Below are positions 50,684-61,147 of a stretch of 64,000 nucleotides of DNA, piece by piece (within the stretch, counting starts at the first letter, position 1; each line of letters begins with the position of its first letter). The notes beneath the pieces are model-generated. The model was not told where the DNA came from. It was given only the letters and a program-made list of their open reading frames with translations, and made no database searches. Source of the stretch: Candidatus Omnitrophota bacterium (GTDB lineage: Bacteria; Omnitrophota; Gorgyraeia; Zapsychrales; Zapsychraceae). Position numbers and translations under genes: made by a program. The stretch covers positions 1,358 to 65,357 of the forward strand of contig DAOWGP010000034.1 of the NCBI GenBank assembly GCA_030637405.1. The letters are read 5' to 3'.

Positions 50684-51703
50684 TTAATAATCCTTTATCG
50701 CTCTTGAAAGTTCTTCTTTGCTGACCGCAACGGCACCCATTTTCCCGACAACGATTCCAGCGGCGAAATTCGCGATCTGTGCCGCCTGACGTTTGGTCGC
50801 TCCCGCCGTAAGACTTAAAGTAAACGCTGAAATAACCGCATCCCCAGCGCCGGAGACATCATAAACTTCCTGCGCTTTCGTTTTAATCGAAACCGGCTTC
50901 TTCCCTTTTTCGAACAACCGCATACCATGTTCCCCGAGAGTAATAAGCAAGGCATCCAAACCCAAATAGCGCAGCAATTCCTTTCCGGCTAAATTGATAT
51001 CTTTATTTCCCTTGAGTTTGTCGCTATGGATTTCGAGCTGTTCGGATGACTTGGACGTGATCTTGATATTGCGTATCGCATTTTCGGCTTCTTTAAGATT
51101 CGGGGTTATTGCAGTCACATTGCGGTAATAACTAAAATGTTCAACTTTTGGATCAACACTAATGATCTTTTTTTTCGCTAAAGCCTGCACGCGCACAAAA
51201 TTCACAAGGTCGGGAGTAATTAAACCTTTTCCATAGTCCGATATAATGACAGCGTCGAATGTGTTGATATTACTTTTGATGAAATTGCAGATCTTTTGTC
51301 TGACTTCTTTATCTCCGGAGTTGTTTATCTTCTCCCGGTCAATACGAACAACTTGCTGGCCTTGGGCTACGACCCGGGTTTTGCATATCGTCGGTAATCT
51401 TTTATCAATAAATAACCCGCGTATCGCAACCCCTTCTTTCCTAAGCTGCCGCTTAAGGATATGTCCTTCCGGATCATTACCGATCCTCCCGATAAGCGTA
51501 ACCTTGGCACCCAAACCGCGCAGGTTATGGGCCACATTCGCTGCGCCACCAGGGGTATAAAATGATTCTTTTTCTAAAACAACCGGCACTGGAGCCTCAG
51601 GAGAAATTCGCGAAACACTTCCCTGGATATACTGATCCAATATGACATCCCCGATCACAAGAATATTTTTTCTGCCAAATTTTAAAAAAATATATTCGTA
51701 CAT
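50684..51703 (-). CDS. hldE: D-glycero-beta-D-manno-heptose-7-phosphate kinase (RfaE/HldE domain I only, PfkB family)
   Basis: ILVIGDVILDQYIQG...PGGAANVA N-terminus and C-terminal GAGD motif; 339 aa; no adenylyltransferase domain attached. Confidence 0.82.
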   Translation of the reverse strand: MYEYIFLKFGRKNILVIGDVILDQYIQGSVSRISPEAPVPVVLEKESFYTPGGAANVAHNLRGLGAKVTLIGRIGNDPEGHILKRQLRKEGVAIRGLFIDKRLPTICKTRVVAQGQQVVRIDREKINNSGDKEVRQKICNFIKSNINTFDAVIISDYGKGLITPDLVNFVRVQALAKKKIISVDPKVEHFSYYRNVTAITPNLKEAENAIRNIKITSKSSEQLEIHSDKLKGNKDINLAGKELLRYLGLDALLITLGEHGMRLFEKGKKPVSIKTKAQEVYDVSGAGDAVISAFTLSLTAGATKRQAAQIANFAAGIVVGKMGAVAVSKEELSRAIKDY

Positions 51704-51800
51704 GCCTATTTGTTCAGGCTTATAATCCTTTAGTTAATGATATATTTATGATAATAATAGTATTATGTTAGGGTTTGTTCCAAGTGAAACGAAGCTGATT

Positions 51801-52847
51801 CTAACACAGTTTAAATAGGGAGTCAACAGCTTCTAAAACAGCTTTTGCCGGAACAAGTTCCAAATATTTTATGTCCCTGGGTTGGGCTTTTTTAAAGGAA
51901 ATACCGCTGCTTCGCACGGGTAATACGCTAACAACCCTTGATTTTTCGCCAAGAGGCCCCCAGCGCTCAGGATTAATACCCGCTTGATTTCGCGTAAAGA
52001 TCGAAATAACAGGCGTTCCGACCCCCGCAGCCACATGAACGGGACCGGAGTCATTGGAGACAAGAAGATCGCATCCCATCAAAAGACCTGCCAATTGACC
52101 GACGCTTGTTTTACCCGCAAGATTAACCGCTTCATTCTTCGATAAAGAGATGATTCTTTTTGCGATACTATCGGTATCTGAAGCCCCAATTATGACAATT
52201 TTCGCTTGATACTGCTCGATAAGAGCATCGGCCAATTCTGCAAAGCGATTTTCCGGCCACCTTTTCGCCGGATCACTTGCCCCTGGATGAAAAGCAATAA
52301 GCCGGTCATTTTCTGAAATATTATGCTCACGGCGGAATTGATCAACCCAGCACAGCGCATCTTCCTTGACAGGAAGATCAAGATCGACATCAGCGCATTC
52401 AATCCCAATTTTCTTTAAGACATCAAGGCAGTATTGTGCCTCGTGCTTTTCTCCCTTGTGACGCACATCTGTAATGGGCCGGTTCAGCAAAAATCCAAAT
52501 TTGCTATTCTTATAACCGATCCGGACCGGAATTCCTGATAAGAAACACGTTAAATTTGTCCTCTTTTTTGTATGCAGCACAAAAGCGCAATCAAACTTCT
52601 CTTTTCGAATAGATCTGATCAGCTGTATGAACCCGCGTAATCCTTTATGTTCGCCATCCCGATCATCAACAAGAACTTTATCGAGGCAAATATTTCCATC
52701 GACAAGATCACGCGTAGCCAGAGCCACAAGAATAGCGATCTTGGAATTTGGATAAGCTTCCCGAAGAGCTTTGATCGCCGGTGTCGTTAAGACAACATCA
52801 CCAATGCGATCGGTACGAACTATGAGGATATTTTTGTAATCAGTCAT
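51801..52847 (-). CDS. GT9 ADP-heptose:LPS heptosyltransferase
   Basis: ILIVRTDRIGDVVLTTPA N-terminal GT9 signature; 348 aa. Confidence 0.82.
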   Translation of the reverse strand: MTDYKNILIVRTDRIGDVVLTTPAIKALREAYPNSKIAILVALATRDLVDGNICLDKVLVDDRDGEHKGLRGFIQLIRSIRKEKFDCAFVLHTKKRTNLTCFLSGIPVRIGYKNSKFGFLLNRPITDVRHKGEKHEAQYCLDVLKKIGIECADVDLDLPVKEDALCWVDQFRREHNISENDRLIAFHPGASDPAKRWPENRFAELADALIEQYQAKIVIIGASDTDSIAKRIISLSKNEAVNLAGKTSVGQLAGLLMGCDLLVSNDSGPVHVAAGVGTPVISIFTRNQAGINPERWGPLGEKSRVVSVLPVRSSGISFKKAQPRDIKYLELVPAKAVLEAVDSLFKLC

Positions 52848-52871
52848 CGTTTTACTGGAATCGCGGTGACA

Positions 52872-53849
52872 TCAACGAATAAAATGATCCATCGCGCCAA
52901 GAACATCTTCCGTGGATATCGCCTGCATACATGTATGCTTGTAAGCATTTTTCGGCTCCCGGCAAGCTGGACAATCAAAACCCTTTTTGATCATGTGACT
53001 GCGCGTTCCCCAAGGCCCATATTTTTGAGGTTCCGTCGGGCCAAAAAGAGCCAAGACCGGAACATTTAGATAACTCGCTAAATGCATTGGCGCACTGTCA
53101 TTAACAATAGTAAAAAAACAATGCCTGAACAGCTCGGCAAGCTGGACAAGGCTAGTACGTCCGCAGAGATTCAGAGATCCAGACTCCATCAACTTATCGA
53201 TCCTCCTAACAACATTTCGATCTTTTTCATCCCCGACAAAAACAATCTTGACATTATGATCCGCGATCAACCGGTCACAAACATAAGCAAACTTCTCTTC
53301 ACTCCATTGCTTCGAAGAATCCGCCGCTCCAGGAGCTATGACAACATACTTTTGTCCGATTCCAATTTTCGTATTGATAAATTCTTTGATATGGTTTTTA
53401 TCCGGATCAGGAATAAATAAGGCTCTGGCCGCAATTGCTTCTACCTCAAAATCATAAACCGAGCTCAATCGGCTAAGGTGTTTGTCACGCATATGCACAT
53501 TTGACGCCTTATCGACACGGCAAGAGGTCCGGTATCGTGGAGCGATTATAAACGGAATAGCTGTATTGCGCAGATCAACAACAAGGTCGAAATACTGTCT
53601 GCGCAGTTCCAAAACCCATGATAATGTCTTTAAGGGTAACTGATGCTTATCAAACACATAAATGTTATCCAAATGAGGATTGCCGCAAAAAAGCGATTCG
53701 GCTTTAGGCCCGATGACAACGGAAAGTCCTGCCGAGGGAAAGTCCCGCTTTAAAATATCGATGACAGGAAATGTTAGAATCACATCCCCGATATTGGTTA
53801 GTGAGACAACAAGAATTTTATTGATCTTTGATCTGTCTAACAATTTCAA
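52872..53849 (-). CDS. GT9 heptosyltransferase paralog
   Basis: ILVVSLTNIGDVILTFP; 325 aa. Confidence 0.82.
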   Translation of the reverse strand: MKLLDRSKINKILVVSLTNIGDVILTFPVIDILKRDFPSAGLSVVIGPKAESLFCGNPHLDNIYVFDKHQLPLKTLSWVLELRRQYFDLVVDLRNTAIPFIIAPRYRTSCRVDKASNVHMRDKHLSRLSSVYDFEVEAIAARALFIPDPDKNHIKEFINTKIGIGQKYVVIAPGAADSSKQWSEEKFAYVCDRLIADHNVKIVFVGDEKDRNVVRRIDKLMESGSLNLCGRTSLVQLAELFRHCFFTIVNDSAPMHLASYLNVPVLALFGPTEPQKYGPWGTRSHMIKKGFDCPACREPKNAYKHTCMQAISTEDVLGAMDHFIR

Positions 53850-54834
53850 GAACCTCCCCCGCTGTAATGGATTGCATGCAAATATTATCCGGACACATCA
53901 AGTGATAACACGGCTCCCGATTACACCCGACATCATACTGAATGATATGCGCCCGCCCGGAGCCCCTTGGCCCGGTAATCTCAGGCCGCGTCGGGCCAAA
54001 TAGCCCAATGACCTCGCTTCCGACACTATTAGCGATATGAAGCGGCCCTGAATCGCCAGAAATAACCAGGTTTGCCTTCTTCATTAACACCATGAGTTGC
54101 TTCAAATTTGTTTCCCCAGTGAAATTGATGGCTTCGCTAAACGCGAGGCTATTAATTTTTTTAACCAAAGAAATATCTTTATTCGCCCCTGAAATAATAA
54201 TTTTTGCGTTGAAGTTTCCAAGAAGGCCAGAAATTAAGCGCGAAAAACTCTCGGAAGGCCAACGCTTTAAATCCCAATTACCGCCGGGATTAACAATAAT
54301 GACATAATCATCTTCGCAAACCCCTTTCGAACTTAAAATCTGTTTAACATCTTCTTCAGCGTCCGGTGACACTTCTAATTGACATCGACGGTCGTTGATC
54401 GTTACGCCGTATGATTCGAGAATATTTAAATAGTAGTCACAGCGATGAACCTGGTCATCCAAAGGTTCCACTTCATGTGTTAAAAACCGTCCGCGCCCTT
54501 TCGCGTCATATCCTACTCTTTGGGGAATTCCCGCAAAATAGACCAAAAGCGCTCGTGTCAATGAGCGGTGCAGTAAAAATGCGACATCAAAATGCCGTCG
54601 ACGTAAACTCCAAACTAATCCCAGCTTCGCAAAAGGGTTCCAATGGCGGCCTTTTTCATCATAAACAATAATCTCATCGATATAAGGAATGCTCTCGAGC
54701 ACTTCCTTGACTCTCGGCAATGCCAAACAACTGATATGGACTTGCGGATAAGCTTCCTTGAGCGCCTTAAAGATCGGAGACGAAAAAATAACATCGCCAA
54801 GCCAGTTAACATTAACGACCAGAATCCGTTTCAT
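53818..54834 (-). CDS. GT9 heptosyltransferase paralog
   Basis: ILVVNVNWLGDVIFSSP; 338 aa. Confidence 0.82.
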   Translation of the reverse strand: MKRILVVNVNWLGDVIFSSPIFKALKEAYPQVHISCLALPRVKEVLESIPYIDEIIVYDEKGRHWNPFAKLGLVWSLRRRHFDVAFLLHRSLTRALLVYFAGIPQRVGYDAKGRGRFLTHEVEPLDDQVHRCDYYLNILESYGVTINDRRCQLEVSPDAEEDVKQILSSKGVCEDDYVIIVNPGGNWDLKRWPSESFSRLISGLLGNFNAKIIISGANKDISLVKKINSLAFSEAINFTGETNLKQLMVLMKKANLVISGDSGPLHIANSVGSEVIGLFGPTRPEITGPRGSGRAHIIQYDVGCNREPCYHLMCPDNICMQSITAGEVLEIVRQIKDQ

Positions 54835-55934
54835 GAGTGTTTTTTCACGAGATGCTGATAGAGTTGAATGACTTTATCAGTCATTTTATCTGCCAAAAAA
54901 GTCTTCTTGATAAATTCCCGCCCAGCCATTCCGATTTCCTTCAAACGCTCCGGGTCCTGCAAAAGTTTGACGATAGCATCCGCCAGTTCACTGCTGTTTT
55001 CCGGTTCAACTAAAACACCGGTTTTCCCGTCTTCAATAAGGCTTGGTATTCCTCCGACGCGGGAAGCAACAACCGGCAACCCTGCTGCTTGCGCCTCCAT
55101 AATCGAAAGGCCCAGCCCTTCCTGCCGTGAAGGCATGGCAAAAATATCAAAAAGCGATAGCATTTCATATGTATTATTTACGATCGAAAAGAACCGGACA
55201 TGATCGCCTAAGTTCAGGCTCTGGACTTTTTCCCGCAAAACATTTTCCATTTTCCCCTCACCGACAAGTAATAATATGGCATTGGGAATATACGGCACAA
55301 CTTTATTCATAGCCTCAATAAGAATATCCTGCCCTTTAACATCGGATAACCTTGCCACAATACCGACGACCGGTTCATCCCCTAAATGAAATCGCGCGCG
55401 ACGCTCTTTCTTTCGGGCTCCATCGATCAAATCAAATTCGTTAAAATCGATCCCGCTCGCGATAAGAGAAACCTTTTCACGCGCAACTCTAAAGTCATGC
55501 CTTAAATGCCATTCAACAGCTTCACTGATCGCGATAACGACATCCCCCCAACACGGCACCAACCTCCGCGATAAGCGAGTTTTAAAAAAACCGTGACATG
55601 TCGAGACAAAAGGCTTTCCGGTCAGTCTCTTAAGCAACGCCCCCATAACTTGCGTAATCCTGGTCTGCGCATGAACAAGGTCAATTTTATTTTCCCGGAT
55701 GTATCGCGACAACGGAAACAGGGCAAAATAAATTCTCGGATCAAGCTCTGATTTCGTGCGGATATTTAACGTCAGAAGTTTCGCCCCAATAGACAGGAAC
55801 TCCTTCTCCATATTTCCGCCGCTGGTCACAATATGGACTTGGTGTCCTCGACAGATCAGCCCTTTGGTCATCGTAAATAAATAGCTGGTAATGCCTCCGG
55901 AATTTAAATGGGTTGATAGAAAGAGAATATTCAC
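54831..55934 (-). CDS. GT4 (RfaG/WaaG-like) glycosyltransferase
   Basis: GT-B fold with N-terminal GGITSY and C-terminal E-x7-E region (PSRQEGLGLSIMEAQAAGLPVV); 367 aa. Confidence 0.82.
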   Translation of the reverse strand: MNILFLSTHLNSGGITSYLFTMTKGLICRGHQVHIVTSGGNMEKEFLSIGAKLLTLNIRTKSELDPRIYFALFPLSRYIRENKIDLVHAQTRITQVMGALLKRLTGKPFVSTCHGFFKTRLSRRLVPCWGDVVIAISEAVEWHLRHDFRVAREKVSLIASGIDFNEFDLIDGARKKERRARFHLGDEPVVGIVARLSDVKGQDILIEAMNKVVPYIPNAILLLVGEGKMENVLREKVQSLNLGDHVRFFSIVNNTYEMLSLFDIFAMPSRQEGLGLSIMEAQAAGLPVVASRVGGIPSLIEDGKTGVLVEPENSSELADAIVKLLQDPERLKEIGMAGREFIKKTFLADKMTDKVIQLYQHLVKKHS

Positions 55935-58057
55935 GAATGCTCCTCGATTAATGACTTGATCTCGCGCGCGACTTCATCAGGATGGATATCTTTCATGCAG
56001 GCGTGTGTTAAGATCCGGCACCGTGAGCTGTAACACGGCGCGCACGCCAATTTCTTCTCGAGAACAATAATCTTTTTCGCGGGCGGAATGTGCCGTCGGG
56101 AATCTGTTGGGCCGAAAAAGGCCACTACCGGGACCTGCATGGCTGCGGCAACATGCAAAGGCGCTGAATCCGGGGTCACAAAAACTTTGCACTTCTTTAT
56201 GAGCGCCGCGAGTTGCAGGATATTGGTTTTCCCGACAAAGTTTGCCGGTTTAGACTTTGTCATCGATAAAAAATGCTGGGCCAACGGCTTATCTTTTTCT
56301 ATTCCAGTAATGATAACCCGAATATTCTTCGCCGAAAGCATATCGCAAAGACGAGCCATATATTCAACAGGCCAATTCTTTGTCTGCCATTTTGCCGAAG
56401 CCGCGATATTGATCCCGACAATATCCGGATTATTCCCCAACCACTCCGAGTCCAGCAGCCTTTGGACATACTGCTTATTATCCGGCGAAGGCCAAAGTTC
56501 AAGAAACGCATTACCGTTATAATGAATACCGAGATTCTCAAGAACCTGAAACTGATGGGCAACGGGAGGCATGTCTTTGCGCGTATCTTTCACGGGATGT
56601 GATAAAAGGCTCCCCCACTTTCCATTGTCATACCCGTAACTTTCCCTGCCGAAACTTAAAAAAGAAAGTAAATGGCTCTTGCGGTTATTTTGAAAATCAA
56701 TGACCACGTCAAAACGGTATTTCCTGAGTTTCTTTGAAAGCTTCAACACTCCAAGCCATCCGCGGTCCTTATCCTTAACATCGTAGACAATGATTCCGTC
56801 CAAATAGGGGCAATTGTGCAAAATCCTCATCGACTCTTTCCCAACCAGACAATGGATCCTCGCGCGTGGAAACTTTTTCCGGATAGCCTTTAAAGAGGCC
56901 GTAACTAAAACAACATCCCCCATGGACCCGATTTTAATAACGAGAACGTTCATTGATCTTAAAAGATCTTCATAAACCTTGATCGTACTTGAAGCCATAT
57001 GCTCAAGCGTAAAATTATTCCCGAGCTTTTCTTTCGCGCAAGAAACCAGACGGGTTGCCAAGCCCCGGTCATTGGCAATACGTATAACCGCATTGGCCAT
57101 AGCCTCCGTATCCTTTGGCAAAACAAGCAATCCTGTTTTTTCATCATCAATGATATCAACAACCCCTCCGACTTTTGTCGCGACTACCGGCACGTCCGAT
57201 GCCTGTGCCTCTAAGATCACGCGCCCAAAAGCTTCTTGCGTAACGGTTGATAAGACGAGGATATCTGTCTTTGCTAGAATTTGAGGAATATCCCGCCGGT
57301 TACCGAGGAATTCAACATGGCTTTCAATCCCCAGACGGCGCGCCAGCAGCTCTAAGTCCTGCTTATTCGAAGCCTTTTTAGCCGGCGCATCTCCAACAAT
57401 CAAAATATTGGCATAGGGAACGGTCCGTATTACTTTCGCCATCGCCTTAAGAAAGAATGAATGCCCCTTGAGCACTGTTATCCGTCCTATGATCGCGATC
57501 GTGCATCGAGATTTTCCGCCAAAAGAATCCCTTCGAACTTTGAACTTTTCCAGGTCGACGCTCCTGGGAATACAGCGAATACCGCGCGGTAAAACATTGA
57601 AACGGTCGATCATGTGCCTGCCGATGACCTTGCTAGGAACAATCACCAGCTTTGACCAGCCCATGACTTGGCTAAAAATACGATTCTTGTAATGACCGTG
57701 ACACGTCGTAATAAAAACTGCTTTTGTTTTACGGCAGGCAAAATAGGCGATCCATGCCGGAACACGCGACCGGGCGTGAACAATATCAATTTTCTCCCGA
57801 CGGATAACATCGCGCAAAGCTTTAACATTCTCAAGCATTGTCCACAATGACTTTTTATGGACTGGGAGAGAATAATGGCACGCCCCCAGAGACTCTAGCC
57901 CGGGAACAAGCTCTCCTCCATTAGAAACAACAACGGCCTTGTGACCGTGCTGGACCAAATATTTGGCAAAATCAACCGTGCCGGTCTCAACCCCACCGAC
58001 ATTGAGTTCTGGAATGACCTGTAATATGTTCATAGTAAACCCGTAAGGACAGCACAC
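55931..58057 (-). CDS. Bifunctional fusion: N-terminal GT4 glycosyltransferase + C-terminal GT9 heptosyltransferase
   Basis: Residues 1 to about 365 are GT4-like (GGVETG..., EAFGRVILEAQASDVPVV). From about 366 a GT9 module begins (MNVLVIKIGSMGDVVLVTA). 708 aa. Confidence 0.78.
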   Translation of the reverse strand: MCCPYGFTMNILQVIPELNVGGVETGTVDFAKYLVQHGHKAVVVSNGGELVPGLESLGACHYSLPVHKKSLWTMLENVKALRDVIRREKIDIVHARSRVPAWIAYFACRKTKAVFITTCHGHYKNRIFSQVMGWSKLVIVPSKVIGRHMIDRFNVLPRGIRCIPRSVDLEKFKVRRDSFGGKSRCTIAIIGRITVLKGHSFFLKAMAKVIRTVPYANILIVGDAPAKKASNKQDLELLARRLGIESHVEFLGNRRDIPQILAKTDILVLSTVTQEAFGRVILEAQASDVPVVATKVGGVVDIIDDEKTGLLVLPKDTEAMANAVIRIANDRGLATRLVSCAKEKLGNNFTLEHMASSTIKVYEDLLRSMNVLVIKIGSMGDVVLVTASLKAIRKKFPRARIHCLVGKESMRILHNCPYLDGIIVYDVKDKDRGWLGVLKLSKKLRKYRFDVVIDFQNNRKSHLLSFLSFGRESYGYDNGKWGSLLSHPVKDTRKDMPPVAHQFQVLENLGIHYNGNAFLELWPSPDNKQYVQRLLDSEWLGNNPDIVGINIAASAKWQTKNWPVEYMARLCDMLSAKNIRVIITGIEKDKPLAQHFLSMTKSKPANFVGKTNILQLAALIKKCKVFVTPDSAPLHVAAAMQVPVVAFFGPTDSRRHIPPAKKIIVLEKKLACAPCYSSRCRILTHACMKDIHPDEVAREIKSLIEEHS

Positions 58058-58102
58058 TGTGCTGTCCTTACAAATGATCCGTAACGGCCCGAATTCAATT
58101 GA

Positions 58103-60103
58103 CTAGATAACTTTCCTTACCGCCTCAAGAATGATTTCATCATCATTAATTTGTTTCGTTTGAATTTTACCTTTGGCAACATCGTAGATGGACTGGCCGA
58201 GATGATTGACATCCGAAGAAAGAACAAAACCTTGCGCATTAAGCCGTTCGGTAAAAGCCCGATGCTTATTCTCACCTTTTAAAACTTTCGCTATCAACAG
58301 CGGCGAGAAAACGATTGTATTCTTCCCCGAACTGGCCGCTTCCGAGACCATGGAAAGGCTGTCTCCCGACACCACAACAATATCCGAAAGCCCGAGGATG
58401 CCACCAACAGCCTCCGAAACATTTTCGCGATTGGCCAATATGAGAAGCGGGCAATTGGGATGTTTTTTAAATTCCTTAAAGAGAAGTTGCTCGATACATT
58501 GCGGTGTCCTGCGTGACGTCGTTATTAAGATATCCATATTGATCTCGGTCAAAACCTCCTTGATCTGTCGGATCAATATTTTGATTTGCCGCTCGCTTAA
58601 ATACACAGTTTTGCCGTCGCCACCAATAAAAAGACCGATCTTCGCCCTGAGATTATCTTTCAAATGAGAGTACCTTAAAAGCAAGGCCTGTGATTGATCC
58701 TTAAGATATCCCGACATAACCAAATTAGGCGACGCATATGTAATCGCAAAAAGATTCTTTCCCTTTTTTCTTTTTGGTTCGTCATGCTGAGGCAAAACAA
58801 CCAAATCAAAGCGCCCATAATCCAATAGACCAGGCTTGAGGATCACAATACTTTTCGCGTTACTATCGCGCGACAAAAGATTATTGATCCCGGCAATCGA
58901 TGACCCGCAAGAAATGATGAAGTTCGCTTTCATCGTCGTAACCCGCACAAAGGATTCTGCCGTTAGGAACCATTTTAAACATTCAAGCCTGCCCTGATAA
59001 ACAAACGGATGTGACAGCACACTCAGAACAGAAAACAAGCGCGCCTTAAACCGGCTCTGAAAGACAATCAGAACAATCTGTATTGTTGCTTTGATCGCGC
59101 GCTCTGCCAGCGCTTTTTCGGTCATTTGGGCAAGGCATTGAGACTGACGCAGATGGCCCGTCTTCCCATCGCTGAGGATTGAAATATTCGCCTCATTGGA
59201 ATACTTCCATATCTTATAAAACCACATGTATTCCGATGGATACGTGTAAATATAATGCTCCATGAGTTTTGTGACCCTCTTCAAATTCGAGATCACATCA
59301 GCTTCCATATCTCCGGTATTCTCAAGTTCAAAAGGCTCATGAATAATCATTTTGTGCCGCGACCCGCCCTGGCGAATAATCGCGGAAAAACAGATAGGAA
59401 CACCTAATTTAAGCCCCATACGTATGGCGCCGACAGACATTGTCGCCTGACGGCCTAAGAACGGCACTAACACGCCATCACGGCCGCCCTGATCAACAAC
59501 CATGCCGATAACTTCGTTATTTTTCAGGCTCCGGACAAAATCACGAGTCCCGCTCCCCCTCGACAAAACAACCGAACCGCCGCAGGCCCGGTAAGAATTC
59601 AATAGATCATCGAGCCGCGAATGTCTCTTCTGAGACTTAACAAAAATGTTGTACGGATAACCCAACATGACGCATGACAAGCTTGCCAATTCCCAGCTAC
59701 CAAAATGCATCGCTAATATGATCGTCCCCTTACCTTTCTTCAGTGATTCCGTAACATGTTCTTTCCCTTCAACGGTAACAATCTTGTCAAACTTGGCCGG
59801 CGTCAACAAGGGCATGCGGAATAATTCGATCAGATTCTGCCCGTAATTCTTAAATAATTCCTTGGTAATTTGTTTGATTTCGTTGGGAGATTTTAAATGC
59901 GCGAAGGCGATCTTCAGATTCGAATAAGCTCTTGACTTATGCTTGATATCGAAATAATAAGCGAACATCCCTATCCCTTTGCCGATCCCCAAGGCAATGC
60001 TCACCGGAAGGCAGCGGATAAGAAATCCGAAAGCGCGCACACTACAATATACGATAGATTCTTTCAAGAAAGGCGTCCTCTCCATTAACAATTGAAATTT
60101 CAA
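58103..60103 (-). CDS. Fusion of a lipid A late acyltransferase-like domain (LpxL/HtrB family) with a C-terminal GT-B-like domain resembling ELM1/DUF1022
   Basis: N-terminal 300 aa carry the HFGSWE HX4D/E acyltransferase motif. The C-terminal 350 aa carry a Rossmann-like GT-B C-terminal signature (VVVSGDSLSMVSEAASSGK). 666 aa. Confidence 0.6.
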   Translation of the reverse strand: MKFQLLMERTPFLKESIVYCSVRAFGFLIRCLPVSIALGIGKGIGMFAYYFDIKHKSRAYSNLKIAFAHLKSPNEIKQITKELFKNYGQNLIELFRMPLLTPAKFDKIVTVEGKEHVTESLKKGKGTIILAMHFGSWELASLSCVMLGYPYNIFVKSQKRHSRLDDLLNSYRACGGSVVLSRGSGTRDFVRSLKNNEVIGMVVDQGGRDGVLVPFLGRQATMSVGAIRMGLKLGVPICFSAIIRQGGSRHKMIIHEPFELENTGDMEADVISNLKRVTKLMEHYIYTYPSEYMWFYKIWKYSNEANISILSDGKTGHLRQSQCLAQMTEKALAERAIKATIQIVLIVFQSRFKARLFSVLSVLSHPFVYQGRLECLKWFLTAESFVRVTTMKANFIISCGSSIAGINNLLSRDSNAKSIVILKPGLLDYGRFDLVVLPQHDEPKRKKGKNLFAITYASPNLVMSGYLKDQSQALLLRYSHLKDNLRAKIGLFIGGDGKTVYLSERQIKILIRQIKEVLTEINMDILITTSRRTPQCIEQLLFKEFKKHPNCPLLILANRENVSEAVGGILGLSDIVVVSGDSLSMVSEAASSGKNTIVFSPLLIAKVLKGENKHRAFTERLNAQGFVLSSDVNHLGQSIYDVAKGKIQTKQINDDEIILEAVRKVI

Positions 60104-61100
60104 TCTTCAAGGCTAAAACACGGATATCATCCGGGACCATATTCATAAAGGGTTTTAATTTGACCGCATCCTTCTCTGTTGTCACAATCATTTTAATTTC
60201 CTGCCTTTGACATAACTCAACGATGCTCCCGATATCTTCGGCACAATAAGTATGATGATCCATAAACGCAAAATGTCCACCAATATCTGCCTCTAATTCG
60301 GCCAAGGTTTTGGTGAATGAATCGGGAGATCCGATACCGCAGACCGCGCAGATTTTCAGCCCTAGGGCAGACAATGTCTGAAATTCGGCCCCAGATCGCA
60401 GATCCGAGAATCCAACCGGTTTATGGATCGACTCGACGATCAAAGCTTTCGGATTAACCATATTTAGATCAGTTTTTATTTCCGCCAGGCGCTTTCGGCC
60501 GAGATTTATTTTCGTTAAAACAAATATATCCGCCCGTGACAAAGTTTTTTTGGGCTCTCTTAAAATTCCCCGCGGCAACACATGGCCGTTCCCCCACGGA
60601 TTCGTCGCATCAATAGCGACAATATCAAGATCGCGTAATAACCGCCAATGTTGAAATCCATCATCTAGCAGAAAGACATCAACTGTGTTCTTTTTCAAAA
60701 ACATTTTGGCATTTTCCACCCGACCGGCTCCGGCAAGAACCGGAATATCTAATTTCGCTCTCTGCATTGCAGCTTCATCACTGCTTTGACCTCGGTTTGG
60801 CTTTTTCTTCGCCATATATCCGCGCATGAGAATAACCGGCTGAGAACCTTTTTCTTTTAAGGCCTGAGTTATAAATCCGACGAGGGGCGTTTTTCCAACA
60901 CCGCCTACAGTAAGGTTGCCGACACTAATAACAGGACGGGGAAGCTGATATTGTTTAAATAGGCCGATTTTGTACAAAATCCGTCTCAGGGCAATAAGAA
61001 AGGTGTAAATCCATGAAAGAACCCATAAAACCATTTTGACAACAGAAACAGCCCCGCCACTCACCTGGTCCGTTGCAATTAAATATAAAAACTGCTTCAT
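60042..61100 (-). CDS. lpxK: Tetraacyldisaccharide 4'-kinase
   Basis: P-loop ISVGNLTVGGVGKTP; 352 aa. Confidence 0.9.
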   Translation of the reverse strand: MKQFLYLIATDQVSGGAVSVVKMVLWVLSWIYTFLIALRRILYKIGLFKQYQLPRPVISVGNLTVGGVGKTPLVGFITQALKEKGSQPVILMRGYMAKKKPNRGQSSDEAAMQRAKLDIPVLAGAGRVENAKMFLKKNTVDVFLLDDGFQHWRLLRDLDIVAIDATNPWGNGHVLPRGILREPKKTLSRADIFVLTKINLGRKRLAEIKTDLNMVNPKALIVESIHKPVGFSDLRSGAEFQTLSALGLKICAVCGIGSPDSFTKTLAELEADIGGHFAFMDHHTYCAEDIGSIVELCQRQEIKMIVTTEKDAVKLKPFMNMVPDDIRVLALKIEISIVNGEDAFLERIYRIL

Positions 61101-61147
61101 AATTAAGAATTACCGTTCATGCTGCGGACAACACACATACGCGTTGC

